Shown in pieces: positions 1-9,608 of a stretch of DNA of 64,000 nt. Position numbers and translations under genes: made by a program. Origin of the DNA: Methanofastidiosum sp. Its GTDB lineage: Archaea > Methanobacteriota_B > Thermococci > Methanofastidiosales > Methanofastidiosaceae. How positions within the stretch are numbered: position 1 is the first letter of the stretch; each line of letters starts with the position of its first letter. The DNA is taken from the NCBI GenBank assembly GCA_035362715.1, contig DAOSDU010000006.1:29151-93150 (forward strand), in the 5' to 3' direction. A model generated the notes under the pieces. It saw only the letters and a program-made list of their open reading frames with translations. It was not told the DNA's origin and searched no databases.

Positions 1-1
1 G

Positions 2-1225
2 ATAAGCTATCTAATGGATCAGGCTATGAAGGTTGGAGCTCCTGTGATCGGTATAAATGATTCCGGAGGCGCAAGGATACAAGAAGGTGTTGATTCCCTG
101 AAGGGGTATGGGGATATTTTCTACAGGAACACAATATCTTCTGGAGTTATACCTCAGATAACAGCTATTATGGGGCCTTGTGCTGGTGGTGCCGTTTATT
201 CTCCGGCAATAGGGGATTTTGTCTTCATGACCGATGTTACAAGTTATATGTTCATAACTGGGCCTCAAGTTGTAAAAACTGTGTTGCATCAGGATGTGAC
301 CTTTGAAGAACTTGGTGGGCCTCATGTCCACGAGACTAAAAGCGGAATGGCACATAGGGTTGGAAAAAATGACGAGGATACCTTAAATCTTATTAGAAAT
401 CTCTTCAGTTATTTGCCTTCAAACAACATGGAAGACCCTCCATCAATTGCACCAACAGATGACCCATTGAGGGAGACTCCTGAGCTTTATTCGATTATAC
501 CAGAAGATTCAAACAAAGGTTATCATGCAAGTCAAATTGTTAAAGCAGTTCTTGATAACAATGAATTCTATGAAATTCATCCTCTCTATGCACCAAATAT
601 CCTAGTTGGATTTGGGAGACTTGACGGAAAAGTCGTGGGCATAGTCGCAAACAATCCAAGCCATATTGCTGGAGTTTTAGATATTAACTCCTCTGACAAA
701 GCATCAAGATTTATCAGATTCTGTGATGCTTTTAACATTCCAATACTGACTTTTGTTGACACACCAGGTTATATGCCGGGATTAGACCAAGAGCATGGCG
801 GAATTATAAGACACGGTGCAAAGCTATTATATGCGTACTCTGAAGCTACTGTTCCTTTAATTACAGTTATTGTGAGAAAAGCTTACGGGGGGGCATATAT
901 AGCTATGGCTTCAAAACATCTACGGGCTGATGCAGTTTATGCGCTGCCAACAGCAGAGATTGCAGTTATGGGGCCAAAAGGCGCATGTGAAATAGTCTTT
1001 AGAAAAGAGATATCTGAAGCCTCTAATCCTACAAAGAAAACAGATGAACTAAGCGAAGACTACAAACAGAAATTTGCAAATCCCTACATGGCAGCTGCAC
1101 GTGGCTATGTTGATGATGTAGTTGACCCAAAAAATCTAAGAACGATACTAATCAATTCACTTAGGGTATACCAGTCAAAGAGAGAAGTACTACCCAAGAA
1201 AAAACATGGTATAATTCCATTCTAA
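2..1225 (+). CDS. Acyl-CoA carboxylase/decarboxylase carboxyltransferase subunit (PccB/MmdA 12S family), 5' partial (frame open to window start)
   Basis: Motifs [37 protein letters not shown]...[30 protein letters not shown] typical of carboxyltransferase 12S/PccB; ORF continues upstream of first Met to position 2. Confidence 0.85.
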   Translation: MSYLMDQAMKVGAPVIGINDSGGARIQEGVDSLKGYGDIFYRNTISSGVIPQITAIMGPCAGGAVYSPAIGDFVFMTDVTSYMFITGPQVVKTVLHQDVTFEELGGPHVHETKSGMAHRVGKNDEDTLNLIRNLFSYLPSNNMEDPPSIAPTDDPLRETPELYSIIPEDSNKGYHASQIVKAVLDNNEFYEIHPLYAPNILVGFGRLDGKVVGIVANNPSHIAGVLDINSSDKASRFIRFCDAFNIPILTFVDTPGYMPGLDQEHGGIIRHGAKLLYAYSEATVPLITVIVRKAYGGAYIAMASKHLRADAVYALPTAEIAVMGPKGACEIVFRKEISEASNPTKKTDELSEDYKQKFANPYMAAARGYVDDVVDPKNLRTILINSLRVYQSKREVLPKKKHGIIPF

Positions 1226-1226
1226 G

Positions 1227-1571
1227 GTGGATATAATGGTAAACATGGATTATTTGACTTTAGGATTGACCTTAGTTATAGTTGGTATGGCTATAACTTT
1301 TTTGGTTTTGATTATTTTATCAGGAGTTATACATTATTTTGGTAAATTTATTAAAAATAGGGAAGAAAAGAAAAATAATAAAGAAGAAAAAATTAATCTA
1401 ACTGAAACTCAAACTGAAGATGAAGTAGGAATATCAAATGATGAATTAACTGCAATGATAACAGCAGCTTATTTCCATATATCTAAAGATGCAGTTTCAC
1501 TTATTAATTTGCATTCTAAGATAGATAACTGGAAATTATTAAGCAGACGAGAACAGATGGAGATGTTATAA
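1227..1571 (+). CDS. Small single-TM Lys/Glu-rich membrane protein, possible gamma/delta (OadG/MmdD-like) subunit of Na+-pumping decarboxylase
   Basis: N-terminal hydrophobic helix followed by charged KE-rich tail; position between carboxyltransferase and biotin carrier as in oad/mmd operons. Confidence 0.35.
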   Translation: MDIMVNMDYLTLGLTLVIVGMAITFLVLIILSGVIHYFGKFIKNREEKKNNKEEKINLTETQTEDEVGISNDELTAMITAAYFHISKDAVSLINLHSKIDNWKLLSRREQMEML

Positions 1572-2014
1572 TGGCTAAATACAAAGTTAATGTAGATGGA
1601 AAGGAGTACGAAGTAGAAGTTGAAAATATTGAAAGTGGAAATCTAGAGGTCAAGTTGGGTAATAAGAAGTCTACGGTTAATATCCAAGAGTTAATGGGAA
1701 CTGCTAGACAACAATCATCACCCAAACAAGTTTACCAAGCTCCATCCTATACTCCCCAAAGAGAAGCGCCTGCTCCAATTTCAAAACCGTCTTCAGGTAA
1801 AGGTGAGCCTGTAAAAGCCGTCATGTCAGGAACAGTTCTATCAATAAAAAAGAATCCAGGGGACAAAGTTTCAGTTGGGGACGTAGTATTGATACTCGAA
1901 GCAATGAAAATGGAAAATGAGATCTCCTCTCCATCAGATGGGGTAATAGGTAACATTTCAGTGAAACCAGGACAGACTATAAACACTGGTGATACCCTCT
2001 TCACAATAGGATAA
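1571..2014 (+). CDS. Biotin carboxyl carrier protein (biotinyl domain subunit)
   Basis: C-terminal biotinyl-lysine motif EAMKMENEI, Pro/Ala linker, hammerhead GDxV motifs. Confidence 0.75.
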   Translation: MAKYKVNVDGKEYEVEVENIESGNLEVKLGNKKSTVNIQELMGTARQQSSPKQVYQAPSYTPQREAPAPISKPSSGKGEPVKAVMSGTVLSIKKNPGDKVSVGDVVLILEAMKMENEISSPSDGVIGNISVKPGQTINTGDTLFTIG

Positions 2015-2022
2015 GTGATAAT

Positions 2023-3159
2023 ATGGTCGACTTAATATCGTCCTTTATTGAAATATTCAAAACAACAAGCGGGATTTTTGATTTATCTGCCGGTAATGTT
2101 GCGATGATAGTGGTAGGTTTCATACTTATATACCTCGCAATCTACAAGGGATTTGAGCCGCTATTGTTAGTGCCAATTGGTTTTGGGGCAATTCTTTCTA
2201 ATATACCATTAACTGGTATCTCTGACCCTAATGCAATTGGTGGGGTATTTGGTATTTTCTTAAAGTATCTGATAGCTAATGAAATTGTCCCTTGTCTAAT
2301 ATTCATGGGGATTGGTGCTCTGACAGATTTTGGGCCGTTGTTAGCAAATCCAAAAACATTCATACTTGGTGCTGCTGCTCAGATTGGAGTATTTATTGCG
2401 CTTGTAGGTTCAATTATACTTGGATTTACTCCACAACAAGCTGCCTCTATCGGAATAATCGGAGGAGCGGATGGACCAACTACAATTTATGTCACTACAG
2501 TTCTAGCTCCTGAATTATTAGGTGCTACTGCAGTAGCTGCATACTCCTACATGTCGTTAGTGCCGTTAATACTACCGCCTGCAATTATGCTTACAACTAC
2601 AAAAGCTGAAAGAAAAATTAAAATGGTACAGATGAGAGTAGTTTCACAGAAAGAAAAAGTTGCATTCCCAATCATAGCTGCAATTGTAACTGGATTATTA
2701 GTACCTAAGGCTATCCCATTAGTAGGACTTCTTTTTGTTGGAAATCTTTTCAGGGAGACAGGTGTTACACAAAGGCTTGCCAAAGGTGCTAGTGAGGAGC
2801 TTTTGAACATTGTGACAATTATCCTTGGACTTTCAGTTGGTAGTACTATGGATGCGGCCAACTTCCTTAATCTACAAACAATGAAGATCATGATTTTGGG
2901 AGTAGTGGCATTCTTTACTGCTGCATGTGGTGGAGTTATAGTTGCAAAGATAATGAATCTATTCCTAAAGGAGAAGATTAATCCTATGATAGGTGCTGCC
3001 GGTGTTTCAGCAGTTCCAATGTCTGCGAGGGTTGTACAGAAAATGGGATTAAAGGAAGACCCACAGAATCACCTTCTAATGCATGCAATGGGCCCTAATG
3101 TTGCAGGAGTCATCGGTACCGCTGTTGCCGCTGGAGTCTTGATAGCTTCTCTCGCTTGA
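2023..3159 (+). CDS. Na+-translocating decarboxylase beta subunit (OadB/MmdB/GcdB family integral membrane protein)
   Basis: Strong conservation with OadB: FEPLLLVPIGFGA, FMGIGALTDFGPLLANPKT, GIIGGADGPTTIY, LMHAMGPNVAGVIGTAVAAGV; multi-TM. Confidence 0.92.
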   Translation: MVDLISSFIEIFKTTSGIFDLSAGNVAMIVVGFILIYLAIYKGFEPLLLVPIGFGAILSNIPLTGISDPNAIGGVFGIFLKYLIANEIVPCLIFMGIGALTDFGPLLANPKTFILGAAAQIGVFIALVGSIILGFTPQQAASIGIIGGADGPTTIYVTTVLAPELLGATAVAAYSYMSLVPLILPPAIMLTTTKAERKIKMVQMRVVSQKEKVAFPIIAAIVTGLLVPKAIPLVGLLFVGNLFRETGVTQRLAKGASEELLNIVTIILGLSVGSTMDAANFLNLQTMKIMILGVVAFFTAACGGVIVAKIMNLFLKEKINPMIGAAGVSAVPMSARVVQKMGLKEDPQNHLLMHAMGPNVAGVIGTAVAAGVLIASLA

Positions 3160-3551
3160 TTTTCATGGATGAATTCAAAATAAAAGTTAATGATAAAGAA
3201 CATCAGATTAAATTGAAAAAAGTATCTGATGGAGAGTATCAGGTATTTTATGATGAATTCATCTATGAAATCTCTATTTTAAAGAAGATACAGAAAAAGA
3301 AAGATGATAGCCAATACAGAAAAGAAAATGATATTATTTATGTTGATTCGATAATAGGAGGTATTGTACTCAAATTATCGAAGAAAGCCGGAGAAAGGGT
3401 GGTAAAAGGAGACCCGATAATGACATTAATAGCAATGAAGATGGAGACAGAAATTTATGCTCCGGAGGCAGGGTTACTATCAAGGATACCAGTTTATGAA
3501 GGGATGATTGTTGAAAAGGGCGAACTTCTCTTTGTGATAGATACAAAATAA
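3156..3551 (+). CDS. Second small biotinyl-domain protein (biotin/lipoyl attachment)
   Basis: IAMKMETEI biotinyl-lysine motif near C-terminus; overlaps stop of upstream gene (translational coupling). Confidence 0.6.
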   Translation: MIFMDEFKIKVNDKEHQIKLKKVSDGEYQVFYDEFIYEISILKKIQKKKDDSQYRKENDIIYVDSIIGGIVLKLSKKAGERVVKGDPIMTLIAMKMETEIYAPEAGLLSRIPVYEGMIVEKGELLFVIDTK

Positions 3552-3705
3552 AATGGGAAAAGTTTATTAATATGGTAACTGATATCATAATAGACGAAAA
3601 AAAAGAAGAAAAGGACAAATGTCGCTCGATTGAGATAGATGGCAATCCATCTGTTGAGGAAATTGTTGTGATAATTTCATTATTTAATTTTAGTGAGGTG
3701 GATAA

Positions 3706-4902
3706 ATGAGGCCATTAGAAGGAGTAAAGATACTGGATTTAAGCCATGTGCTTGCGATGCCATACTGCACTATGATCTTAGGCGATCTAGGGGCTGAAAT
3801 TATAAAAATAGAAAAGAGTGACGGAGAAGATTCAAGAAAATTTGGACCATATAAAAATGGAGAAAGCGCTTATTTTATGAGCGTCAACAGAAACAAAAAA
3901 AGTGTCGTATTGAATCTTAAAGAAGAAAAAGGTAAGGAAATACTTAGAGAATTTATTAAAATATGTGACGTTGTAACGGAAAATTTCAGACCTGGGACAA
4001 TGGAAAAGCTTGGATTTTCATATGAAAATATCAAAAAAATAAATCCTAATATAATTTACGCTACAATCTCTCAATTTGGAAATGATTCTGTATACCCTGG
4101 AAGGCCTGGATATGACATTATAGCACAGGCTTATGGAGGATTGATGGGCATAACAGGTTTTCCAGATAATCCCCCTACAAGAGTGGGATCATCAATTGCA
4201 GATATAATGTCAGGCATGTTCTCCGCGATTGGAATTTTAGGGGCTTTAAGAGTTAAAGAGAAAACTGGACAAGCACAGTATATAGACACCGCTATGGTAG
4301 ATTGCATTATTGCAATTTTGGAAAATGCTGTAGTCAGATATACTGTTTCTGAAGAGATACCCCAGAGAATTGGATCAAGACATCCAAGTCTTACCCCTTT
4401 TGATGTATTCAAAGCTCTTGACGGGTACATTGTCATAGGTATAGGAAATGACCATTTGTGGGAGATGTTTTGCAGCAATATTCCGGAATTTAATCTCTTA
4501 ATTATGGCTGAAAGGTTCAAAAATAATGAGTTGAGGACCAAAAATGAGGCAGAATTAAAAAAGATAATTGAAGATTGGACACAAAATCATACAACTGAAG
4601 ATTTGGTAAGAATAATAAATGATGCGGGCGTTCCATGCGGACCTGTTAATACAGTTGACAAGGTCCTTAATGATCCAAATACAAAATATAGGAATATGCT
4701 TTTTGAATTTGACCATCCAATTGCAGGAAAGATGGTTACATCTAATTCTCCTTTGAGTTTGTCACTTACTCCATGTAAAAGTCATTTGCGCCCACCTGCA
4801 CTAGGAGAACATACTGACGAAGTATTAACTAATGTTTTGGGATACTCCAAGGAAAGGATAGAAGAATTGAAAAAGGATAAAATAATATGGGATAGGGGGT
4901 AG
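3706..4902 (+). CDS. CoA-transferase family III protein (CaiB/BaiF/formyl-CoA transferase-like)
   Basis: Length about 400 aa; N-terminal LEGVKILDLS..LAMPYCTMILGDLGAEIIKIE and conserved Asp region typical of family III CoA transferases. Confidence 0.75.
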   Translation: MRPLEGVKILDLSHVLAMPYCTMILGDLGAEIIKIEKSDGEDSRKFGPYKNGESAYFMSVNRNKKSVVLNLKEEKGKEILREFIKICDVVTENFRPGTMEKLGFSYENIKKINPNIIYATISQFGNDSVYPGRPGYDIIAQAYGGLMGITGFPDNPPTRVGSSIADIMSGMFSAIGILGALRVKEKTGQAQYIDTAMVDCIIAILENAVVRYTVSEEIPQRIGSRHPSLTPFDVFKALDGYIVIGIGNDHLWEMFCSNIPEFNLLIMAERFKNNELRTKNEAELKKIIEDWTQNHTTEDLVRIINDAGVPCGPVNTVDKVLNDPNTKYRNMLFEFDHPIAGKMVTSNSPLSLSLTPCKSHLRPPALGEHTDEVLTNVLGYSKERIEELKKDKIIWDRG

Positions 4903-5511
4903 ATATTTACGAAAAGGGGAGAGATAGAGAAAAAACTTAGAACTTTAGATGCTGCTTCTATCAATGATGCCCTGAGAAAAAGAGGTTCGGTTGATGAATC
5001 TATAAAGCCTATAAAACAAGGCGATTTCGTCTGTGGACCTGCCTTTACCGCAAAATGCTGTCCTGGCGATATGCTTACAGCTCTAAAGGCTCTTGAGGAT
5101 ATTTCAGAAGGGGAAGTTTTGGTGATTGATGGAGGAGGGATCACCAAATTTTCTCTTTTCGGTGATCTTATGGCAATGCAGGCCAAACTAAAAAAGGTAG
5201 CTGGCGTTGTTGTGGATGGAGCAATAAGAGATGTCAAGAGTATAAGGGGAGAAGGTCTACCCGTATTCTGCCGCGGGATAGTCACAAGAGCTGGTACTGC
5301 AACGAGACTTGGGGAAATTAATGCCCCAGTAGTCTGCGGTGGAGTCATAGTAAATCCAGGGGACTGGATAGTTGGGGACGACGATGGCGTCGTTGTTATT
5401 CCAAAAGATAAGATTGAAGAAATCATCCATATTGCTGAAGAAACTCTTAAAAGGGAGGCAATAATCAGGGAAGCTATAGAGCAAGGGAAATCAATCAGCA
5501 AACTGCTTTGA
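4903..5511 (+). CDS. RraA-family protein (RraA / 4-hydroxy-4-methyl-2-oxoglutarate aldolase-like); start codon uncertain (first ATG at 5071)
   Basis: VLVIDGGG...GDLMA...AGVVVDGAIRD...PVFCRG motifs of RraA fold; in-frame upstream codons encode RraA-like N-terminus (LRTLDAASINDAL) with no ATG/GTG/TTG. Confidence 0.55.
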   Translation: MFTKRGEIEKKLRTLDAASINDALRKRGSVDESIKPIKQGDFVCGPAFTAKCCPGDMLTALKALEDISEGEVLVIDGGGITKFSLFGDLMAMQAKLKKVAGVVVDGAIRDVKSIRGEGLPVFCRGIVTRAGTATRLGEINAPVVCGGVIVNPGDWIVGDDDGVVVIPKDKIEEIIHIAEETLKREAIIREAIEQGKSISKLL

Positions 5512-5533
5512 ATTTTTTAATCTGGGTGCAAAG

Positions 5534-6838
5534 ATGTTCGAACGCTTGAGGGGTACAAGGGACTTTCTTCCAAATGAAATGGCTGCAAGAAAGAAAGTAT
5601 TTTCATCGATAAAAAAAAGTGTCGAAGAATTTGGATTTTTTGAAACAGATACGCCAGCAATCGAACTATTTGATCTTTATTCCATAAAAAGCGGTGAAGA
5701 GATCATTGAAGAGCTTTATGCCTTTGAGGATAAAGGTGGCAGGATGATCTCTTTGCGCCCAGAGCTTACTCCTTCAGTTGTCAGGGTATTAGTATCTAGG
5801 GCAAAGGAGCTTTCATTTCCAGTGAAATGGTATTCAATACCAAGACTATGGAGGTATGAAAGGCCCCAGAGTGGTAGATTACGTGAGTTCTACCAGCTCA
5901 ATATTGATATATTCGGCTCTGAAGACCCAAGGGCTGACACTGAAGTTATATCGTGTGCCATAAAACTACTTTGCGACCTAGGTTTTGATGAATCAGACAT
6001 AGAAGTCAGGATATCGGACAGGCGCATGCTTCAGGAATTTCTATTAGATCTTGGAATAAAAAATTACCATGATGTTCTTAAAATTATTGACAAGAGAGAA
6101 AAGATAACTGAAAGAGACTTTAAGGAAATGCTCTTGGGTATCGGTTTAGATGATAATCAGATAAAAGAAATAGAAGTTTTTCTTAATTCAAAGGGGGGCT
6201 TGCTTAAATCTATTGAAGGTCTATCTGGGGCCTACCAAGGAGAAGGTATATCCAAGGTCATTGATTCGCTAAAGAAGATCGCTCAAAATCTAAATGATAG
6301 AGGCTATGAAAAATTTATTACCTTTGACCCATCAATTGTGAGAGGGCTTGACTACTACACAGGCATGGTTTTTGAGGTCCACGATAGGAAAAGGGAATTT
6401 AGAGCACTCTTTGGTGGCGGCCGATATGACAATCTTGCAGAACTTTTTGGAGGAGAACATATATCTGCCGTTGGATTTGGGATGGGCGATGCTGTCCTAG
6501 AACTCATGATGAGGAGAAAAAACATATGGCCAGAAGAAAAGGTTGAGATTGATCTCTTCATTGCAACTATTGGTGATGTTGAAAAGGAAGTTTCAAAGGC
6601 ATTAACCAGTTTGAGAAATAATGGATTTAAAGTTGATTTTGACATCATGGGTAGAAATCTTTCAAATCAGATGAAGTTTGCAAACAAATTAGGTGCAAAA
6701 TCTCTTTTGATTATAGGTGAAAGGGATCTAAAAGAGGGCAATGTAACGTTGCGCGACTTAAAATCCGGGGAAGAGAGCAAAGTTTCGTTGAAAGAGTTCA
6801 TTTCTTCGCCATCAAAGTATTTAACGAAAGTTTTATAA
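5534..6838 (+). CDS. hisS: Histidyl-tRNA synthetase
   Basis: Class II aaRS motifs (RGTRDFLP, RLWRYERPQSGRLREFYQ, GGGRYD) and C-terminal anticodon-binding domain; 434 aa. Confidence 0.85.
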   Translation: MFERLRGTRDFLPNEMAARKKVFSSIKKSVEEFGFFETDTPAIELFDLYSIKSGEEIIEELYAFEDKGGRMISLRPELTPSVVRVLVSRAKELSFPVKWYSIPRLWRYERPQSGRLREFYQLNIDIFGSEDPRADTEVISCAIKLLCDLGFDESDIEVRISDRRMLQEFLLDLGIKNYHDVLKIIDKREKITERDFKEMLLGIGLDDNQIKEIEVFLNSKGGLLKSIEGLSGAYQGEGISKVIDSLKKIAQNLNDRGYEKFITFDPSIVRGLDYYTGMVFEVHDRKREFRALFGGGRYDNLAELFGGEHISAVGFGMGDAVLELMMRRKNIWPEEKVEIDLFIATIGDVEKEVSKALTSLRNNGFKVDFDIMGRNLSNQMKFANKLGAKSLLIIGERDLKEGNVTLRDLKSGEESKVSLKEFISSPSKYLTKVL

Positions 6839-6863
6839 AATACTTAAAGGCTATTTTGATTAA

Positions 6864-6934
6864 GCCGGGGTTGTCGAGAGGCTCGGCCTCGGACTGCAGA
6901 TCCGATCACGAGGGTTCAACTCCCTCCCCCGGCT
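6864..6934 (+). tRNA. tRNA-Cys (GCA)
   Basis: Cloverleaf by eye: acceptor GCCGGGG/CCCCGGC, D stem GTCG/CGGC, anticodon stem TCGGA/TCCGA with loop CTGCAGA, T arm GAGGG-TTCAACT-CCCTC; no encoded CCA. Confidence 0.85.
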
Positions 6935-6941
6935 TCGCAAA

Positions 6942-7086
6942 GGGGACATGGTGTAATCAGGCCATCATCATGGACTCCAGAATCCTTTCCGGATGAAAGA
7001 GAATACTGATGGCGTAATGCCGATGAAGAAATTCTGGAGTTTGATGGGGAAATCCATGGATCAGGGTTCAAATCCCTGTGTCCCCA
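6942..7086 (+). tRNA. tRNA-Trp (CCA) with about 71-nt intron (approx 6981-7051) at canonical 37/38 position
   Basis: Acceptor GGGGACA/TGTCCCC, anticodon stem ATGGA...TCCAT with loop CTCCAG|A interrupted by intron, T arm CAGGG-TTCAAAT-CCCTG; archaeal tRNA-Trp characteristically carries an intron. Confidence 0.8.
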
Positions 7087-7102
7087 CTTTAAGGTTGATT
7101 TT

Positions 7103-7555
7103 ATGGGCACTTCAAATTTTACTACAATATCAAAACTTGTTAGACCTGAGAATTTGAATCATCACGGAACTCTTTTTGCCGGTGTGACTTCAATGTGGTT
7201 TGTTGAGGGGGCTTTTATCGAAGCTTCTAGAGTTTATGGGGATCCTACAAAAATTGTCTGTATCAAGGTCCATGGTATGAAATTTATTAGACCAGGAAAC
7301 AATGGAGATATCGTCCAGATTGAATCAGTTTTAGCGCATGTTGGAAAAACAAGCTTGACCATATACACAAAGATATACAAAAGACTCACAAAAGAGCAAC
7401 TTGTTGATGGATTTGTAACTTTTGTCACAGTTGATGAGAAAGGAAAGTCCATGCCACATGGAATTAACTATAAACCAAGTGGTGAAGAGGAACAAAAGCT
7501 CTGGAATGAAGTTGAGAGACTAAAACACTCTGATTCTCAAACAAAAATGATATAG
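7103..7555 (+). CDS. Hotdog-fold acyl-CoA thioesterase (YciA/acyl-CoA hydrolase-like)
   Basis: Pattern VRPENLNHHGTLFAGV...VHGMKFIRPGNNGDIVQIESVLAHVGKTSLTI matches 4HBT/hotdog thioesterases. Confidence 0.65.
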   Translation: MGTSNFTTISKLVRPENLNHHGTLFAGVTSMWFVEGAFIEASRVYGDPTKIVCIKVHGMKFIRPGNNGDIVQIESVLAHVGKTSLTIYTKIYKRLTKEQLVDGFVTFVTVDEKGKSMPHGINYKPSGEEEQKLWNEVERLKHSDSQTKMI

Positions 7556-7558
7556 TAA

Positions 7559-7643
7559 GGAGGGATTGCCGAGCTTGGCCAAAGGCGCAGGATTCAGAGT
7601 CCTGTCATGTAGGTGTTCGTGGGTTCGAATCCCACTCCCTCCA
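7559..7643 (+). tRNA. tRNA-Leu (CAG), type II with long variable arm
   Basis: Acceptor GGAGGGA/TCCCTCC, anticodon stem CAGGA/TCCTG with loop TTCAGAG, long variable arm, T arm GTGGG-TTCGAAT-CCCAC. Confidence 0.85.
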
Positions 7644-7667
7644 CTTATTCTAAAAAATAAAAATTTT

Positions 7668-8036
7668 TTAAAAAATTGCTAGATTTGAAAATATAGCTGC
7701 AAGTACCATAAAGGCTATGTATGCAAGTATTAGTGCTAAAAAGGCCTTTAACCACGATGTTTCGTAGATGGATTTTACGACCCATAGAGCTACAACGAAA
7801 CTAATAATTGTCCCGATAATCCCTAAAGATCCGAAAAATGATCCCAATATAGCGCTCAATGCTATTAATACAACAACACCGAGAATTGCTTTCCAGTATG
7901 AAGAATCGTCAATTCCTGCAAATTTAGCCCCTATCCAAAGGAACAGGGCGTCTAACAATACTAGAACAACTAAGCCTATTATGCCTACGTTCCACATTCC
8001 ACCTATTGCAAATGTGCCAAACATTTTTACACCCAC
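7668..8036 (-). CDS. Hypothetical integral membrane protein (4 TM)
   Basis: ORF with strongly hydrophobic helices; no recognizable family. Confidence 0.4.
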   Translation of the reverse strand: MGVKMFGTFAIGGMWNVGIIGLVVLVLLDALFLWIGAKFAGIDDSSYWKAILGVVVLIALSAILGSFFGSLGIIGTIISFVVALWVVKSIYETSWLKAFLALILAYIAFMVLAAIFSNLAIF

Positions 8037-8118
8037 ATTGTTGAGGATAACAATTATATATAGCTTAGTCTATTTGAATCCAAATATCTTCAAATAATCC
8101 CATCTTATATGAGAATTT

Positions 8119-8301
8119 TTATTCTTTTAATTTCTTTGACTCTTCTCGTCCTTTTGAGATAAAGTATATTCCAGCAACAAATGATAGAGCCAAAATTACT
8201 ATATCTAAAAATTCAAAATACAAAGCATTTGTAAATCTGTAATAAAGTGTAGATAAGCCTGATCCAATGCAAAGACATCCCAATAGTAGTTTGTAGTTCA
8301 T
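8119..8301 (-). CDS. Small hypothetical membrane protein
   Basis: 60-aa ORF with two hydrophobic helices. Confidence 0.3.
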   Translation of the reverse strand: MNYKLLLGCLCIGSGLSTLYYRFTNALYFEFLDIVILALSFVAGIYFISKGREESKKLKE

Positions 8302-8377
8302 ACTTTGAGTATAAATGAAAGACTTAAAATAGTTTCTATTAGGTTATTTCAGAATAACTTGAATTAGGGATCCAATT

Positions 8378-9112
8378 TTATTTTTTTAATATTAACTCGA
8401 TTTCTTCCTTTCCCATGCCGGGCCTTATACTTCCAGAGTATAATATCTCAATCATCTTTCTATCAATTTCAGAGTATCTCTGAGTTTGAGTCCACCCCTC
8501 GTAAAATATGCTGTCACGGTATTTCAAGGAATCCCTCATTAACCCTAGAGACTGAGTTAGTTCCTCTCTTATCATATGAGACCTTTCTTCCTGAAGGAGG
8601 GTATTCTCATTAGCAATGCAGATATCACATTCGTAAATCACATTATTCCTCCATTTACAGTTAAAATACCCATAGTTTCCAGGAGCTGCATTACAGATAG
8701 AAAAATCGGATAATGGAACAAAGTTAATATCGATATTTTGATTCGTGCTAACGATAGATAGGTTTATCTTATCACCAATAATTTCATTGATCTCTGATAC
8801 TACTTGATTCAAGGCCTGGATATCCATTTCATTTGGACTTCCATTGATTTTTATCCTTATATCAGAATCCCATTTTCTTATAACCTGTATATTGTTACCA
8901 TACTCAGTTCCTAGCGCAATTTCTTTGAAGTATTCAATCTCCTTGTCTGTGTAACTTGACTGAGAATTTCCATTTTCAACTGGGGCAGGTTTTGTTTCTT
9001 CTATGTATAAACAACAAGCAGAAACTAATAAAACAAGAAAAACTATTGGAAAGATAATTTTATTTCTGGTCACGAAAAATAATATCGGTTGTGATATATA
9101 ATGATTTCTCAT
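8378..9112 (-). CDS. Hypothetical exported/membrane-anchored protein
   Basis: N-terminal TM/signal anchor followed by Cys (lipobox-like); conserved-looking HMIREELTQSLGL segment but no confident family. Confidence 0.4.
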   Translation of the reverse strand: MRNHYISQPILFFVTRNKIIFPIVFLVLLVSACCLYIEETKPAPVENGNSQSSYTDKEIEYFKEIALGTEYGNNIQVIRKWDSDIRIKINGSPNEMDIQALNQVVSEINEIIGDKINLSIVSTNQNIDINFVPLSDFSICNAAPGNYGYFNCKWRNNVIYECDICIANENTLLQEERSHMIREELTQSLGLMRDSLKYRDSIFYEGWTQTQRYSEIDRKMIEILYSGSIRPGMGKEEIELILKK

Positions 9113-9160
9113 ATAGCCTAATCAAGACATAAGATTAATAAACTATTATTAGAATTAAGA

Positions 9161-9478
9161 TTGACTAATATGAATAAAGATATACCTCGCGACGCCATAA
9201 AGAATCTGCTTTTTGAGATTATATGCGCTATAGATTCATCAGAGTACCAGATCTCAATTAAGGAGATAGAAGATCAGATAGAAGCAGGAAAAATTATGGA
9301 GTTTCTAGGAAAACGTATATCCATCGTGCAACTTACAAGTAGCGAGTATGAATTGATTAATGAGGAGTTGAAAAACCTCTTAGATGTCGCAAGACCTAAT
9401 ATAGAGCGTTATTGGGGCATGAAGAATTCTGGATTGTGCTTTCTTGCATCACTTATAATAGAAGAGTTTTGGAATTAA
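9161..9478 (+). CDS. Hypothetical protein
   Basis: 105-aa ORF, acidic, no recognizable motif. Confidence 0.35.
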   Translation: MTNMNKDIPRDAIKNLLFEIICAIDSSEYQISIKEIEDQIEAGKIMEFLGKRISIVQLTSSEYELINEELKNLLDVARPNIERYWGMKNSGLCFLASLIIEEFWN

Positions 9479-9608
9479 ATCATCTCTGCTTTTTACCTTT
9501 CTTTTTATAAAAATAGATTATCCCGACAAATAGTACTATAGGTATTGATATCCTAAATACAAGTGCAATAATAAAAGTCTGAAGGGGTGTTAATTCCATA
9601 TTTGTCCC

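Noticed and set aside
11-355. 114-aa minus-strand ORF antisense to the carboxyltransferase gene
   Set aside because: Lies entirely inside a strongly conserved coding region on the other strand; Cys/His/Tyr-rich composition typical of antisense artefact
4900-4902. Possibility that TAG between CoA-transferase and RraA-like frames is read through or encodes pyrrolysine
   Set aside because: TAG is used as a normal terminator of other genes in this window (e.g. 7553-7555) and no Pyl machinery is visible; alternative start or coupling more plausible
4782-5501. 239-aa minus-strand ORF spanning the CoA-transferase / RraA junction
   Set aside because: Ser/Pro/Thr-rich low-complexity translation antisense to two recognizable genes
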